From assembly GCA_965203035.1 (NCBI GenBank), contig OZ241858.1:3091063-3155062 (forward strand): a stretch of DNA of 64,000 bases. Reading direction: 5' to 3'. The notes under the pieces were generated by a model that was given only the letters and a program-made list of their open reading frames with translations, was not told the DNA's origin and ran no database searches. Positions 28,150-37,211 of this stretch are shown here, piece by piece. Source of the DNA: Candidatus Spongiisocius sp. Lineage in GTDB: Bacteria; Actinomycetota; Acidimicrobiia; Spongiisociales; Spongiisociaceae. A program made the translations under genes and the position numbers. Position 1 is the stretch's first letter. The number at the start of each line of letters is the position of its first letter.

Positions 28150-28682
28150 ATAGTATGTACCCGGTGCGGATTTCGTACACCGGGTAGTTATAGCTGGCGG
28201 TGACCGTGTGAGTCCCCAACGACAGACGCACCGACGTGCCGTTCATCCGGCAGTCGCCTTGCCACGTCGACGTTACGTTTGAAACTACGGGATACCCGCT
28301 CGGGTAACCCGCAGCAGCGCTGCTCCGCATAAAGGTCAGCGGCACAGACCCACGCAGGGTCGCTTCGTTCGCCCACCACATCTGCTCCCGGCGTGGTCGC
28401 AGCTTGTGTTGGAGCCCCAGGCTGTACAGCCGGATCACCAAATCGTCGGCAGCTTGTACTCGGCACAGACTGGAAGCCCGTGCGGCCCCAGGTCGTGATC
28501 GACGCATTTCCCGTCCGTCTCAAATCTCTCCTGATGGAAACACTCGTACTGGCGGACCTGTAGGGCTCGTTCACGACAGAACCGGCGGACCAGGAGTAGT
28601 AGGTCATGGATTCCTCGTGGGTGCCGTGCGCCTCCGGCCCCCGCGGTCGCTGGACAGCCAGCAGCAACCCCGCCGCCGGCAC
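28150..28682 (-). pseudogene. Two small secreted/Cys-containing ORFs with apparent frame disruptions (frameshifted genes or indel errors)
   Basis: High-GC3 coding signal hops between three minus-strand frames. A signal-peptide frame runs from 28682 to about 28560. A Cys-rich frame (ALQVRQYECFHQERFETDGKCVDHDLGPHGLPVCAEYKLPTIW*) ends at 28435. A third frame from ATG 28381 to about 28150 (SSAAAGYPSGYPVVSNVTSTWQGDCRMNGTSVRLSLGTHTVTASYNYPVYEIRTGYILYGLG) lacks a stop. Local GC is lower than in flanking DNA. Confidence 0.3.
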
Positions 28683-28739
28683 CAGGCACCCGACCCCCCA
28701 GCGACCAGCCCACCACGGCGAGCAGGCGAGGGCGTCGGG

Positions 28740-29045
28740 TCACCAGATATCGGCTCCGCCGCTCACCTTGATCCGCTCCTCGGTGGGCAGGGCCTCGGGG
28801 TCGTAGACCGCTACGCCGCCGGCCCGGAGGGCCATCTCGGCGGGAATACCGGGCCGAGGGTCAGGCGGGCAGGTCTGGCCGATTACACGTATGCTCCCCA
28901 CCACCCGACAAAACGCTTCCCGGGAGATCCACCACTGCCCGTCGACCCATACCGCCGGAGTGAGATACCACCGCTCCGCTACGGGGTCGATGTCCACACG
29001 GGCGACTCGCCACCGGACCCCGAGCCGGTCCGGGCCCTGCCACAT
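28740..29045 (-). CDS. Hypothetical small Trp-rich protein
   Basis: 101 aa with about 85% GC3. I recognise no family. Confidence 0.45.
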   Translation of the reverse strand: MWQGPDRLGVRWRVARVDIDPVAERWYLTPAVWVDGQWWISREAFCRVVGSIRVIGQTCPPDPRPGIPAEMALRAGGVAVYDPEALPTEERIKVSGGADIW

Positions 29046-29619
29046 GGCGCCCTCAACCTCGACAGTCAGCCAGGAGCGCAGGTCCTCGTCCCGCCAACCG
29101 TTGGCGTATTCCGGGGTCCCCGGCCAGAGCTACGACAGCCGACGCCCTACTCGTCGATACCCCTACCCGCACCGATAGCGACCCGGGCTGTGGTCTGGTC
29201 CCCGTTGCTCTGTCACTCCCCCCGTCCACAACCCCGACCGAAGCCTTCTAGCTTCTCGCTGACCACATGGCTTGCTCTCTCGTCACGACCCGGCAGTCGT
29301 AGGAGGTCGACCATCGTCAACATCCCTCTATGTGGCGGCAGATACCACGACGGGGGTCTTCGTTCAAGCTACTGAGCTAGCTGGTCCGTTAAGGGGAGGC
29401 GCCGTCACCAGCACCGGCCCCTCCCCTTTGAGGACGGGCCGCCGCAACCGGGCGGAGCGCAACACCGGAACGGCCGGCAGCAAGGAGTGAGCACGTCCGG
29501 CGGTTTTGCCGTCGCTTGCGAGTGCGGACTGTCGCCAGGTCACGGGCGCCGCGAGGCGGCACGCGTCAGGTTGAGCGGGTCACCCGAATGGCGCCGCCGC
29601 CCGGGTGCGGTTCGCAGGA

Positions 29620-30360
29620 TTAGCCCTGGCAGCCCAGCAGGTTGTCGACCGCCGGCCGGATACCGAGCCGGTAGCTCGATACCTCACCGCCATCGATGGC
29701 GAAGTAGATGCGGTAGTCGGCATCCGCCTCGTCGTTAGGCACGAAGGCCAGGGCCTGGCCCTCCGACACGGCCTCGTTGGCCTGCTGGATGTTGTTGGAG
29801 TAGACCTCTCGCACGCTGGCTTCCGAGGTCCCGATCCTGACCCCCGACCGGGTGGCGATGACGCTGGGGGCGTTGATCTCGACGCGGACGACCGCCCCGT
29901 CGACCACCATGAACGCCACGCCCGGAAGGCCGGCGCCGGCTGTCACGTAGTAACAGTTGTCGGTCGATGTCCGACCGAAGTCCTGGGAGAGCGTCAACCC
30001 GGAGGCGACAGCGGCCTCCTCTACGGTCATCCCCAAAGTGACCGGCCCCAGGGCACGTAGCGTCACAACATCGTCGCTGGTCAACTCCGCAGTCCCCGTG
30101 GGCGGGGCCGCGGTGGTGGCCGTAGTCGTCGCAGCCACCTCTTCGACCACGGTCACTGCCACTTCGGTGGTGGCCGTTCCCGAGTCCTCCATGTCATCGG
30201 AGGGAGTGGGGGCCTGGGCCGCGGTCGTGGCGACCAGGCTGGTGGTCGCGGTGACCTCTGCGGAGGTTTCCTGTGTGGTCTCGGCGGGAGTCTCATCGCC
30301 TCCGCCACACGCTGCCACGACCATGGCAATTGCTGCTACTAGTAACGCCCGCTTTCTCAA
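29620..30360 (-). CDS. Hypothetical lipoprotein with Thr/Ala-rich linker
   Basis: GAAGGAG RBS 5 nt before TTG 30360. The signal peptide is MRKRALLVAAIAMVVAACGG with a lipobox. A strong hairpin (AAGGGGAGG..CCTCCCCTT) lies downstream at 29391..29430. Confidence 0.55.
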   Translation of the reverse strand: MRKRALLVAAIAMVVAACGGGDETPAETTQETSAEVTATTSLVATTAAQAPTPSDDMEDSGTATTEVAVTVVEEVAATTTATTAAPPTGTAELTSDDVVTLRALGPVTLGMTVEEAAVASGLTLSQDFGRTSTDNCYYVTAGAGLPGVAFMVVDGAVVRVEINAPSVIATRSGVRIGTSEASVREVYSNNIQQANEAVSEGQALAFVPNDEADADYRIYFAIDGGEVSSYRLGIRPAVDNLLGCQG

Positions 30361-30572
30361 GACATCTCCTTCACACGTCTTCACACGACCAGCAGAGCCG
30401 ATCCCTGTCGTCTGACATGCGAAAACCCGCCGCCACGCCCCAATTTTCGCGTTCTGGGCACCAGTACGCTAACAGCATCGGAGACAAAACTCTCCCTTTC
30501 CTTGATTTTCTCGTTCTCGAACCTCTGGCATGGCTCAAGAACGCCCACGGTGACCAGGGACAGGTAGGCCGA

Positions 30573-31265
30573 CTACCACTCGCGAGCCGGCGCCTCCACT
30601 ACCGGCTCGGGCATCCATGTGACCAAACCCCGGCACTCGTCGCCGAGGAGTTCCCGCAGGAATCCCGCCTCGCGACGATCGACGGTCAGCTCCCACCGAG
30701 CTTTGATGGCGATCCACGAGGCGATGTAGGCGCACCGGTAGTCGGTATTGGGCGGCATCCATAGCGACGGGTCATCGGCGCCCTTGGCCTCGTTTATGCC
30801 GGCCGTAACCGCAGCCAGGCCGTCAAGGTCATTGGCAAAGGCCCGCCTGCGACCGGGACTCCACGCATGAGCACCCGAGTCCCATGCTTCCTGCAAAGGC
30901 ACCACGTGGTCCACGTGTAAACCGGCCGGCGATCCTTCCACCCACTCACCGTCATACGCCGAGTACCACACGCCCGAGACGATCCGGCATTCCGAACCGT
31001 CACCAAGACGGAGTCCGGATCGAGCGTCCCTCAGAAGTACCTCGCGGCGGGCATCACATCCATCCGCGTCCTCGTCGGTCCAATGAACGAACAGATCCCG
31101 GTCGTACCCGTTCCATCGTTCACGGACAACCACCAACCCGTCGAGGAGATCCACTACCCGAACCTGCTCCCGTGTGCTTCCCATGGAGTGAACGGACGCT
31201 ACGGGGGAACTTGCGAGCGCGCCATCGCGGCCGGATCCGCCGCATGCGGCCGCCAGGAGGCTCAC
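30573..31265 (-). CDS. Secreted/lipoprotein with DUF1524-like (GmrSD C-terminal, His-Me finger nuclease-like) domain; start codon uncertain
   Basis: DHVVPLQEAWDSGAHAW...N is a DUF1524-like motif. An ideal lipoprotein signal HRRGHILSVLVLVSLLAAACGG is present, but no ATG/GTG/TTG precedes it in frame. The first canonical start, GTG 31265, leaves only MSLLAAAC. The reading frame runs up into the adjacent tRNA-Val. Confidence 0.5.
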   Translation of the reverse strand: MSLLAAACGGSGRDGALASSPVASVHSMGSTREQVRVVDLLDGLVVVRERWNGYDRDLFVHWTDEDADGCDARREVLLRDARSGLRLGDGSECRIVSGVWYSAYDGEWVEGSPAGLHVDHVVPLQEAWDSGAHAWSPGRRRAFANDLDGLAAVTAGINEAKGADDPSLWMPPNTDYRCAYIASWIAIKARWELTVDRREAGFLRELLGDECRGLVTWMPEPVVEAPAREW

Positions 31266-31321
31266 CAGGACGAGAACTGAGAGAATATGGCCACGCCGAT
31301 GGGGCGGCCGGCCGGAGAACG

Positions 31322-31393
31322 TGGGCGCTACTGGGATCGAACCAGTGACCTCTGCCGTGTGAAGGCAGCGCTCTCCCGCTGAGCTAAGCGCCC
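31322..31393 (-). tRNA. tRNA-Val (anticodon CAC)
   Basis: Manually folded cloverleaf GGGCGCT-TA-GCTC-AGCGGGA-GAGC-G-CTGCC-TTCACAC-GGCAG-AGGTC-ACTGG-TTCGATC-CCAGT-AGCGCCC-A. Confidence 0.9.
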
Positions 31394-31599
31394 GGAGGCA
31401 GCAAGTGTAGCCGTGCCCGGTGGGTTCGCCGCGCCGGATCCGTGATGAGTTGTCATTGCCCATAACACCATCTATAACCCCTACCTATGACACGGACTGA
31501 GGGGGCGCCATCAGCCTGACGCGCCAGGAATTCGAGCGGATCGTCGATCAGGTCCTCGAAGAACTACCCGGAGACATCGCCGCCAAACTCGACAACCTG

Positions 31600-31854
31600 G
31601 TGGTGGTGGTCGAGGAACGGCCTCCGCCGGGCGAGGATCTCCTCGGCCTGTACGAAGGCATCTCGCTGGCCGATCGCGGTATGGATTATGCGGGCGCGCT
31701 ACCCGATCGCATCACCATCTACATGGAAAGCCACATCGAGATGGAACTCGACCGGGTTGGCACCATCGAGGAGATCCGCCGGACCGTCCTGCACGAGATC
31801 GGGCATCATCTAGGTATAGACGATGCCCGACTGTCGGAACTGGGTTGGGTCTAG
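31600..31854 (+). CDS. Zincin-like metallopeptidase family small protein (HExxH); true start probably upstream at a non-canonical codon
   Basis: HEIGHHLG is a zinc motif. The in-frame upstream sequence LTRQEFERIVDQVLEELPGDIAAKLDNLVVVVEER looks like the conserved N-terminus of this family, but no canonical start lies between the stop at 31498 and GTG 31600. The only candidates are CTG 31516 and ATC 31510. Confidence 0.55.
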   Translation: MVVVEERPPPGEDLLGLYEGISLADRGMDYAGALPDRITIYMESHIEMELDRVGTIEEIRRTVLHEIGHHLGIDDARLSELGWV

Positions 31855-31932
31855 GTGCCGAAAAGGCTGGATAAACGAGGCCGAGTGCGCTGAGCCGGGA
31901 GTTGTTATCGCCGCCCGACGTCTCGGCAGTTC

Positions 31933-32328
31933 CTAGATGCGCCGTGTGCGCTTGATTCCCGCTTCCTTCAATACCTTGGCGGGCACTCCCACTTCACGCC
32001 AGGTGTGGTAGCTGATCTGGTTGCGGCCGGAATACGAAACCACCACGCCGACGAAGTCAGCCTCCAAGGCGTCAAAGTCGATCGAGGTGTCCACGTTCTT
32101 GAGCTTGTCCTCCGTGTCGAAACGCTTTTGAATCAGCTTGACGCGCCGCAGGAGGTTGTCTTCGTTGGCGATGTCATCTCGCAACCGTTCGATCTTCTGC
32201 TCCAGGACTTTGGCGCGCGCCGCGCCGCCGGGCTGACCGGCCTCCAAAGCCTTTAGATACCTCGTAACTTTGGCGGCTTCGCGCTTGCCCTTCGCGAGAG
32301 CTGCCTTGTGGTCTTCTCCCATCGGCAT
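31933..32328 (-). CDS. Hypothetical protein (charged, coiled-coil-like)
   Basis: AAGGGAG RBS 7 nt before ATG 32328 (MPMGEDHKAALAKGKREAAK...). The protein is 131 aa. Confidence 0.45.
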   Translation of the reverse strand: MPMGEDHKAALAKGKREAAKVTRYLKALEAGQPGGAARAKVLEQKIERLRDDIANEDNLLRRVKLIQKRFDTEDKLKNVDTSIDFDALEADFVGVVVSYSGRNQISYHTWREVGVPAKVLKEAGIKRTRRI

Positions 32329-32535
32329 GAAAGACTCCCTTTCTTGGTTGGAATACTGTCCTGCCACGGACGATAGTAATCAAATTCCTATCGTCCGTGG
32401 TAATTGAAACTGCTGCACATCAGGCATGGGCCAATTTCACGCGCAGTAGCTTAACCGAAGTCCCGCCGCTTACAAGACCGGAGAACCTAATCACCAAACC
32501 ACCGATAAACCAGCAGGTAGATAGGATTTGGCCGG

Positions 32536-32607
32536 TGGGCGCTACAGGATTTGAACCTGTGACCTCTTCCGCGTCAAGGAAGCGCTCTTCCCCTGAGCTA
32601 AGCGCCC
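32536..32607 (-). tRNA. tRNA-Val (anticodon GAC)
   Basis: Cloverleaf GGGCGCT-TA-GCTC-AGGGGAA-GAGC-G-CTTCC-TTGACGC-GGAAG-AGGTC-ACAGG-TTCAAAT-CCTGT-AGCGCCC-A. Confidence 0.9.
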
Positions 32608-32625
32608 CGATTCTCATGTCATGCG

Positions 32626-32696
32626 AGGCGACGACCGGAATCGAACCGGTGTAGCAGCTTTTGCAGAGCTGTGCCTAACCACTCGGCCACGTCGCC
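32626..32696 (-). tRNA. tRNA-Cys (anticodon GCA)
   Basis: GGCGACG...anticodon loop CTGCAAA...T-arm ACCGG-TTCGATT-CCGGT...CGTCGCC-T. Confidence 0.9.
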
Positions 32697-32741
32697 GTAT
32701 ACCTACGCCGGCCGGCTCTGACCCGACCGGACCGGGCTGGG

Positions 32742-32814
32742 AGCGGAAGACGGGGCTCGAACCCGCGACCTCAACCTTGGCAAGGTTGCGCTCTACCGAC
32801 TGAGCTACTTCCGC
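32742..32814 (-). tRNA. tRNA-Gly (anticodon GCC)
   Basis: GCGGAAG-TA-GCTC-AGTCGGTA-GAGC-G-CAACC-TTGCCAA-GGTTG-AGGTC-GCGGG-TTCGAGC-CCCGT-CTTCCGC-T. Confidence 0.9.
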
Positions 32815-32886
32815 GTGCCTCCTCATTGTAGCGTCTGCCGGACCCCGAGTGGCTGCCGTTCGCCCCCGCACTCCGTTGGCGACCGC

Positions 32887-33315
32887 CTAACGCCCCGACG
32901 AACCGAATCCCTGCGCGCCACGCTCGGTCTCATCCAATCGATCAACCGGCCGTGGCGCCGGGAGCGCGACCGGCACGATCACCAGCTGGGCGATCCGGTC
33001 CCCGCGGGCGATACTGCATCGCTCCCGACCGTGATTGATCAGCACCACCCGGAGTTCCCCGCGATAGCCGGCATCTATGAGACCCGGGGAGTTGACCAGC
33101 CCTACCCCGTACCTGCGCGCCAGCCCGCTACGGGGGAGCACCAACCCCGCATGGCCTCCCGGTATGGCCACCGCAACTCCGGTATCGACCGTCGCGTACT
33201 CTCCCGGCTCCAGCCGGACGGGAAAGCGAGCATAAAGGTCAAGCCCCGCATCGGTCGGGTGGGCGCGTGTGGGCGAAGGTAGTTCCGAATCGATCTTGAG
33301 AACGTTAAGATGCAC
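32887..33315 (-). CDS. dut: dUTP diphosphatase
   Basis: GTG start. The motifs DAGLDLYA and GLIDAGYRGEL are present. Confidence 0.85.
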   Translation of the reverse strand: MHLNVLKIDSELPSPTRAHPTDAGLDLYARFPVRLEPGEYATVDTGVAVAIPGGHAGLVLPRSGLARRYGVGLVNSPGLIDAGYRGELRVVLINHGRERCSIARGDRIAQLVIVPVALPAPRPVDRLDETERGAQGFGSSGR

Positions 33316-33394
33316 GTCTCACCAATCCCAGACAAGATGTAATCGGGGCTCTCGAAGCCGGGCGGAGTACGGCACGCAGGAGCACACCGCCCAT

Positions 33395-34927
33395 ATGGTT
33401 ACGCTAAGACCCGAGCATCCGCATCCGATCGTTTCCGCCCGGCCCGCGGCCAAGCCCGATGCCGCCACAGGCACCCGTTCGTCTTCCGGCTCCGGCGCTT
33501 ACCGCGGCCAGCACCTTGCCGGCCACAGCTGGAGTACCTACGAGCCCGCCCATATGGATGCGAAGCGTAGCGGTCTGGTCCGGTTCCTTCCCTCATGGAC
33601 GTATCGCTCGGTATGGGCGGTTCCCGCGGCCGACCCTCAGGTGTCCCAGGACGGACCGGCTGAGTTCCGGCCCTCGACATCCACGGACCGGTCGACTGCC
33701 CGACCGGGACGGGAACCCCGGGCCGAGTCCGGCAAGCCGGCCGCGCGGAGACCGGCAGTAGCCGGAGGGTCCCCATCCCCGGCAGCCGGACGGCGGCCCG
33801 GGCCCGTAGCCGCCTTCTCCGAGGTTCCCGAGACACATCTACTCCCGGCCGCCCCGGCCTCGGAAGGCTCGCCGCTGGCTTCCCTGCTCGGATTCGGCGA
33901 GGTCGAAACCTCCTTCGGCAACCGACCGGACGAACGGCGGGAGTCCTTCGAGCCGACCACGCCCGATGACGAGTACTGGGACCGGCTTCCCTCCCTCAGC
34001 TCCGTCACCGCCGAGATGAACGGTCCCCGCAGCACGGGCGACGCGGTCAAGGCCATGTGGGACGCCACCTCCGAATGGGACATGGGCTCCAAGCTGCTCA
34101 CGGATGATCTGTCCGAGACGGGGACCAGGGACCGTCGCGCCCTCTGGCGGATGCTGGTCATCGGGGCCGGGCTCGCCATCATGCTCACGCTTATCGGCGC
34201 CACTTACAAGACGCTGACCGACATGCCGGTTCAGGCGGCCGCCGCACGCGAGGCCCAGTACACGCTATCGGCCCAGGAACTGTTCGATACGCTCGGACCG
34301 GTCGCCAACTCGGTCTATGCCGACGGGCTGTCGAGCGACGCCGGGCTGTCGGCCCTGACCAGCCACCTCGGCGATCTCGACATCGCCGCCCGGCGCTCGG
34401 CTTCGCTGGCCGCGGAACCCTTGCCCAGCACGCCGATTCTCGGGAGGACGGCGGACATCAACGCCCTGGCAGAGCCGAGAGACCGGCTGGCTTCGGGCTC
34501 GGCGCAAGCCCTGAGCATCGGTAAGCAGATCGGCGATGCCATGGCCTACTCGCTCACGATGTCCCTCGCCTTCAACCTGCCCGAACTCCCTGAACAGGCC
34601 CCTCCGAGCCAGGTCGACGAGATCGCTCTGCAACTCAGCACCTCGATCGCCGAGACCGGCCTCCTGCTGGCCAGGCTTCCGGATGATCCCGCCTTCGAGG
34701 GCTTCCGCCAGAGGGCGTCGGAAACGGTGGCCTCGGTCGAGCAGATCCAGGCCGAGTACATAGCGGCCCTGAGGAGTGGTGACGCCACCCGAGCCGCTGA
34801 TGTCAGGCACCGGCTGGGCGGAGCGATATCGGGCCTCCGCGAGGAGCTCCAGGCCCCCATCGGTGAGGTCAAGACCTGGGCGGTGAGCCGGCTCGATCAG
34901 GTGGCGGCCATCATCGGGCAGCTGTAG
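33395..34927 (+). CDS. Hypothetical membrane protein (disordered N-terminus, one TM, helical C-terminal domain)
   Basis: The start is taken at ATG 33395 (MVTLRPEHP). The TM segment is ALWRMLVIGAGLAIMLTLIGA. The track start at 33269 would overlap dut divergently. The position after dut resembles the conserved Ala-rich membrane protein next to dut in mycobacteria. Confidence 0.45.
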   Translation: MVTLRPEHPHPIVSARPAAKPDAATGTRSSSGSGAYRGQHLAGHSWSTYEPAHMDAKRSGLVRFLPSWTYRSVWAVPAADPQVSQDGPAEFRPSTSTDRSTARPGREPRAESGKPAARRPAVAGGSPSPAAGRRPGPVAAFSEVPETHLLPAAPASEGSPLASLLGFGEVETSFGNRPDERRESFEPTTPDDEYWDRLPSLSSVTAEMNGPRSTGDAVKAMWDATSEWDMGSKLLTDDLSETGTRDRRALWRMLVIGAGLAIMLTLIGATYKTLTDMPVQAAAAREAQYTLSAQELFDTLGPVANSVYADGLSSDAGLSALTSHLGDLDIAARRSASLAAEPLPSTPILGRTADINALAEPRDRLASGSAQALSIGKQIGDAMAYSLTMSLAFNLPELPEQAPPSQVDEIALQLSTSIAETGLLLARLPDDPAFEGFRQRASETVASVEQIQAEYIAALRSGDATRAADVRHRLGGAISGLREELQAPIGEVKTWAVSRLDQVAAIIGQL

Positions 34928-35014
34928 GAGGCCCCCGGGCGACCGGGGCGCATCACCGCTCGCAGTCGTTCCCGGGAGCCGGTGCCGTCAGCCCGGAGAC
35001 GGCGGTCTCAGGAC

Positions 35015-36019
35015 TCACTCCTGCGGTGCGGCCAGGCCTGCGATCCTGATGGCGAGACGCTCCATGAAGAGGTCCGCTCGGCCGTCCAGGGCGATGGCGG
35101 CGTTCGGCTCGCGGCCCCAGGCGCCCCTGAAGTCCCCCACGGTCTCGCCTGCCGTCAACTCCCCGCCCGTCTCGATATCGACCGTGGTCTCCACGGTGCT
35201 CACAAGGGAAGGGTCCAGCGCGGCCGCGACAGCAAAGGGATCATGCACGAACGCCCCGTAGAACCCGTCGTAGCGGTGATGGAACTCCATGTAGAACCTG
35301 AGGGCGTCGGCGATGAAGGACATGAGCGGATGCGCATCGGAGATCAGCGGCTGCAGTGACTCCATCGATGTTCCCGCCCGTTCGGCCAGCCGAGCCACGT
35401 GATCCGGCAGGAAACGTGCTTGTTCGGTGACATCCAGCGGCATCACGAGCGGCAGGCTGCGCGCACCCCGGCCGGCGGCCGCGAACACCTCTTTGGCTGC
35501 TTCCGGGTCGACGTGCATGTTCCATTCGGTACGGGGAGCGGTGTTCCCGGCCACCGTGAAGCAACCCCCCATGATCACCAATCGCTTGAGCAGGTGGAGC
35601 AGGCGAGGCTCCCGGCGGAGGGCAACCGCGACGTTCGTCAGCGGACCGACCGCCACGAGGGTGATCTCTCCCGGATCCGAACGGGCGCGGTCGACGATCA
35701 GGTCGATCCCGGACCTCCCGCTGATCCGGTCCGGAGGGGCCGCAAGTGTTGCGTATCCGGTCCCGGTGGGTCCGTGGGTCTCCGGCGTCGTGACGAGCGG
35801 GCGCTCGATCGGTCCCGCGCATCCGGGCGCCACCTCCACCTCGGGGTGTCCGGCCAGGTCCAGGACGGCGGCCGTGTTGGCTGTGACCTCGCCGAGGGAG
35901 ACGTTGCCGGCCACGCAGCTGACCCCCACGAGGCGGGCGTCGGCGGAGGCGACCGCGTAGAGGAGGGCGAGCGCGTCGTCGATCCCGGTGTCGACATCCA
36001 GCAGGATGGGTGTGGCCAT
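35015..36019 (-). CDS. Nucleoside hydrolase (IU-NH family)
   Basis: ILLDVDTGIDDALAL is the DXDXXXDD signature of IU-nucleoside hydrolases. The ATG at 36019 overlaps the upstream MFS stop (ATGA). Confidence 0.85.
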   Translation of the reverse strand: MATPILLDVDTGIDDALALLYAVASADARLVGVSCVAGNVSLGEVTANTAAVLDLAGHPEVEVAPGCAGPIERPLVTTPETHGPTGTGYATLAAPPDRISGRSGIDLIVDRARSDPGEITLVAVGPLTNVAVALRREPRLLHLLKRLVIMGGCFTVAGNTAPRTEWNMHVDPEAAKEVFAAAGRGARSLPLVMPLDVTEQARFLPDHVARLAERAGTSMESLQPLISDAHPLMSFIADALRFYMEFHHRYDGFYGAFVHDPFAVAAALDPSLVSTVETTVDIETGGELTAGETVGDFRGAWGREPNAAIALDGRADLFMERLAIRIAGLAAPQE

Positions 36020-37167
36020 CAGTTCCCTCTCCGTCCTATCAGGGTCATAGCGACCGTAATAGCGGCGGGACAAGCTCCGAAGGCGGTGACCGCGATCCGG
36101 GCCGCGTCAGCACCCACGGCATCGACCAGCAGGCCGGTGATCGCCGATCCGGCGGCAATGCCGACACCGGCCGCTGCAGCGATCCACGAGAATGCCTCGG
36201 TTCGCCGCTCCGGCGGGGTGGTGGCGACGGCCAGCGAATTGACCTGGATCAGGTTCGGTGACGTTCCCAGGCCCGCGATCATCGCCGTAGCTGTGAACCA
36301 CACGATGCCGTCACCGAGGCCGTACGGGAGCAGCACCAACAGGAGCCAGACTGTTGCCTTACGGTGTTGGGACATGAGGTCGCCGGGTCCGATGCGGCCC
36401 ATGAACAGCGCGGCCACGAAGCTGGCCCCGGCATTGAGGGGGAAGATCACCGCTGACCAGGCGGGATATCCGAGGTCGGCCGTGTAGGCAACGACCGTGA
36501 CGGTGACCCCGCCCAGGACCATCCCGAGACCGCCCACAGAACCGAGTACGGCTAGATGGGTTGCCTCTATCCACTTCGTGACGCTCAGCCGGTTCGCCCG
36601 GCCACTATGCGGTTCTCCGGGTAGTGCGGTCACACCGAGCGTGCCGACGACCGCCAACACTGTGGCGGTCACCAAGGAGGCCGAAGCCGTGAACCATGCT
36701 GCCATGACCGATACCGCCGAAGGGCCGACGATGAAGTTGATCTCATCGCTCGCCGACTCCAACGCCTGCCACCGCCGCATGTCGGAAGCCTCGGCCATCC
36801 GGGTCCAGCGGACCCGGGTCAGGGCGCCGATGGTGGGCGCCGTCAGCCCCGCACCGACCGCCACCAGCACGATTATCCACGGCGCCGCCACCGCCCTGAT
36901 CGCCACCAGCAGGCCCACGGTGCAAGCTACGAAGGCCGCCAGCAGGGACCGCGCCGCGAGACGCTGGCCGTAGCGGTCCACGAGCCGTCCGCCGATGGGC
37001 TTCGCCACCGCTCCGGCGAGGCTGAAGCCCGCCGAGGCCGAGCCCGCCAACCCGTACGATCCCGTGATCGCTTCCACTGCGAATACCAGGCCGACCGGGT
37101 ACATGGAGTTGGGAAACCGACCGACCAGCCCGAACCACAGCAGGGGCCGGGCCCCCGGTATGCGCAT
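36019..37167 (-). CDS. MFS transporter
   Basis: The start is taken at ATG 37167 (MRIPGARPLLWFGLVGRF). The protein is about 382 aa with 12 TM segments. Confidence 0.7.
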   Translation of the reverse strand: MRIPGARPLLWFGLVGRFPNSMYPVGLVFAVEAITGSYGLAGSASAGFSLAGAVAKPIGGRLVDRYGQRLAARSLLAAFVACTVGLLVAIRAVAAPWIIVLVAVGAGLTAPTIGALTRVRWTRMAEASDMRRWQALESASDEINFIVGPSAVSVMAAWFTASASLVTATVLAVVGTLGVTALPGEPHSGRANRLSVTKWIEATHLAVLGSVGGLGMVLGGVTVTVVAYTADLGYPAWSAVIFPLNAGASFVAALFMGRIGPGDLMSQHRKATVWLLLVLLPYGLGDGIVWFTATAMIAGLGTSPNLIQVNSLAVATTPPERRTEAFSWIAAAAGVGIAAGSAITGLLVDAVGADAARIAVTAFGACPAAITVAMTLIGRRGN

Positions 37168-37211
37168 CACGGCCCGATAGCCGCCGGGGCCGGTTCGCCG
37201 GAGCAGCCAGG

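Noticed and set aside
28404-29375. 323-aa plus-strand ORF
   Set aside because: It has an extremely Arg/Pro-rich, low-complexity translation. The minus-strand small ORFs in the same region carry the GC3 signal.
32420-32871. ORFs 32420..32617(-) and 32614..32871(-) with translations such as GSNPVAPT
   Set aside because: These are reverse translations of tRNA genes (tRNA-Val, Cys and Gly occupy the region).
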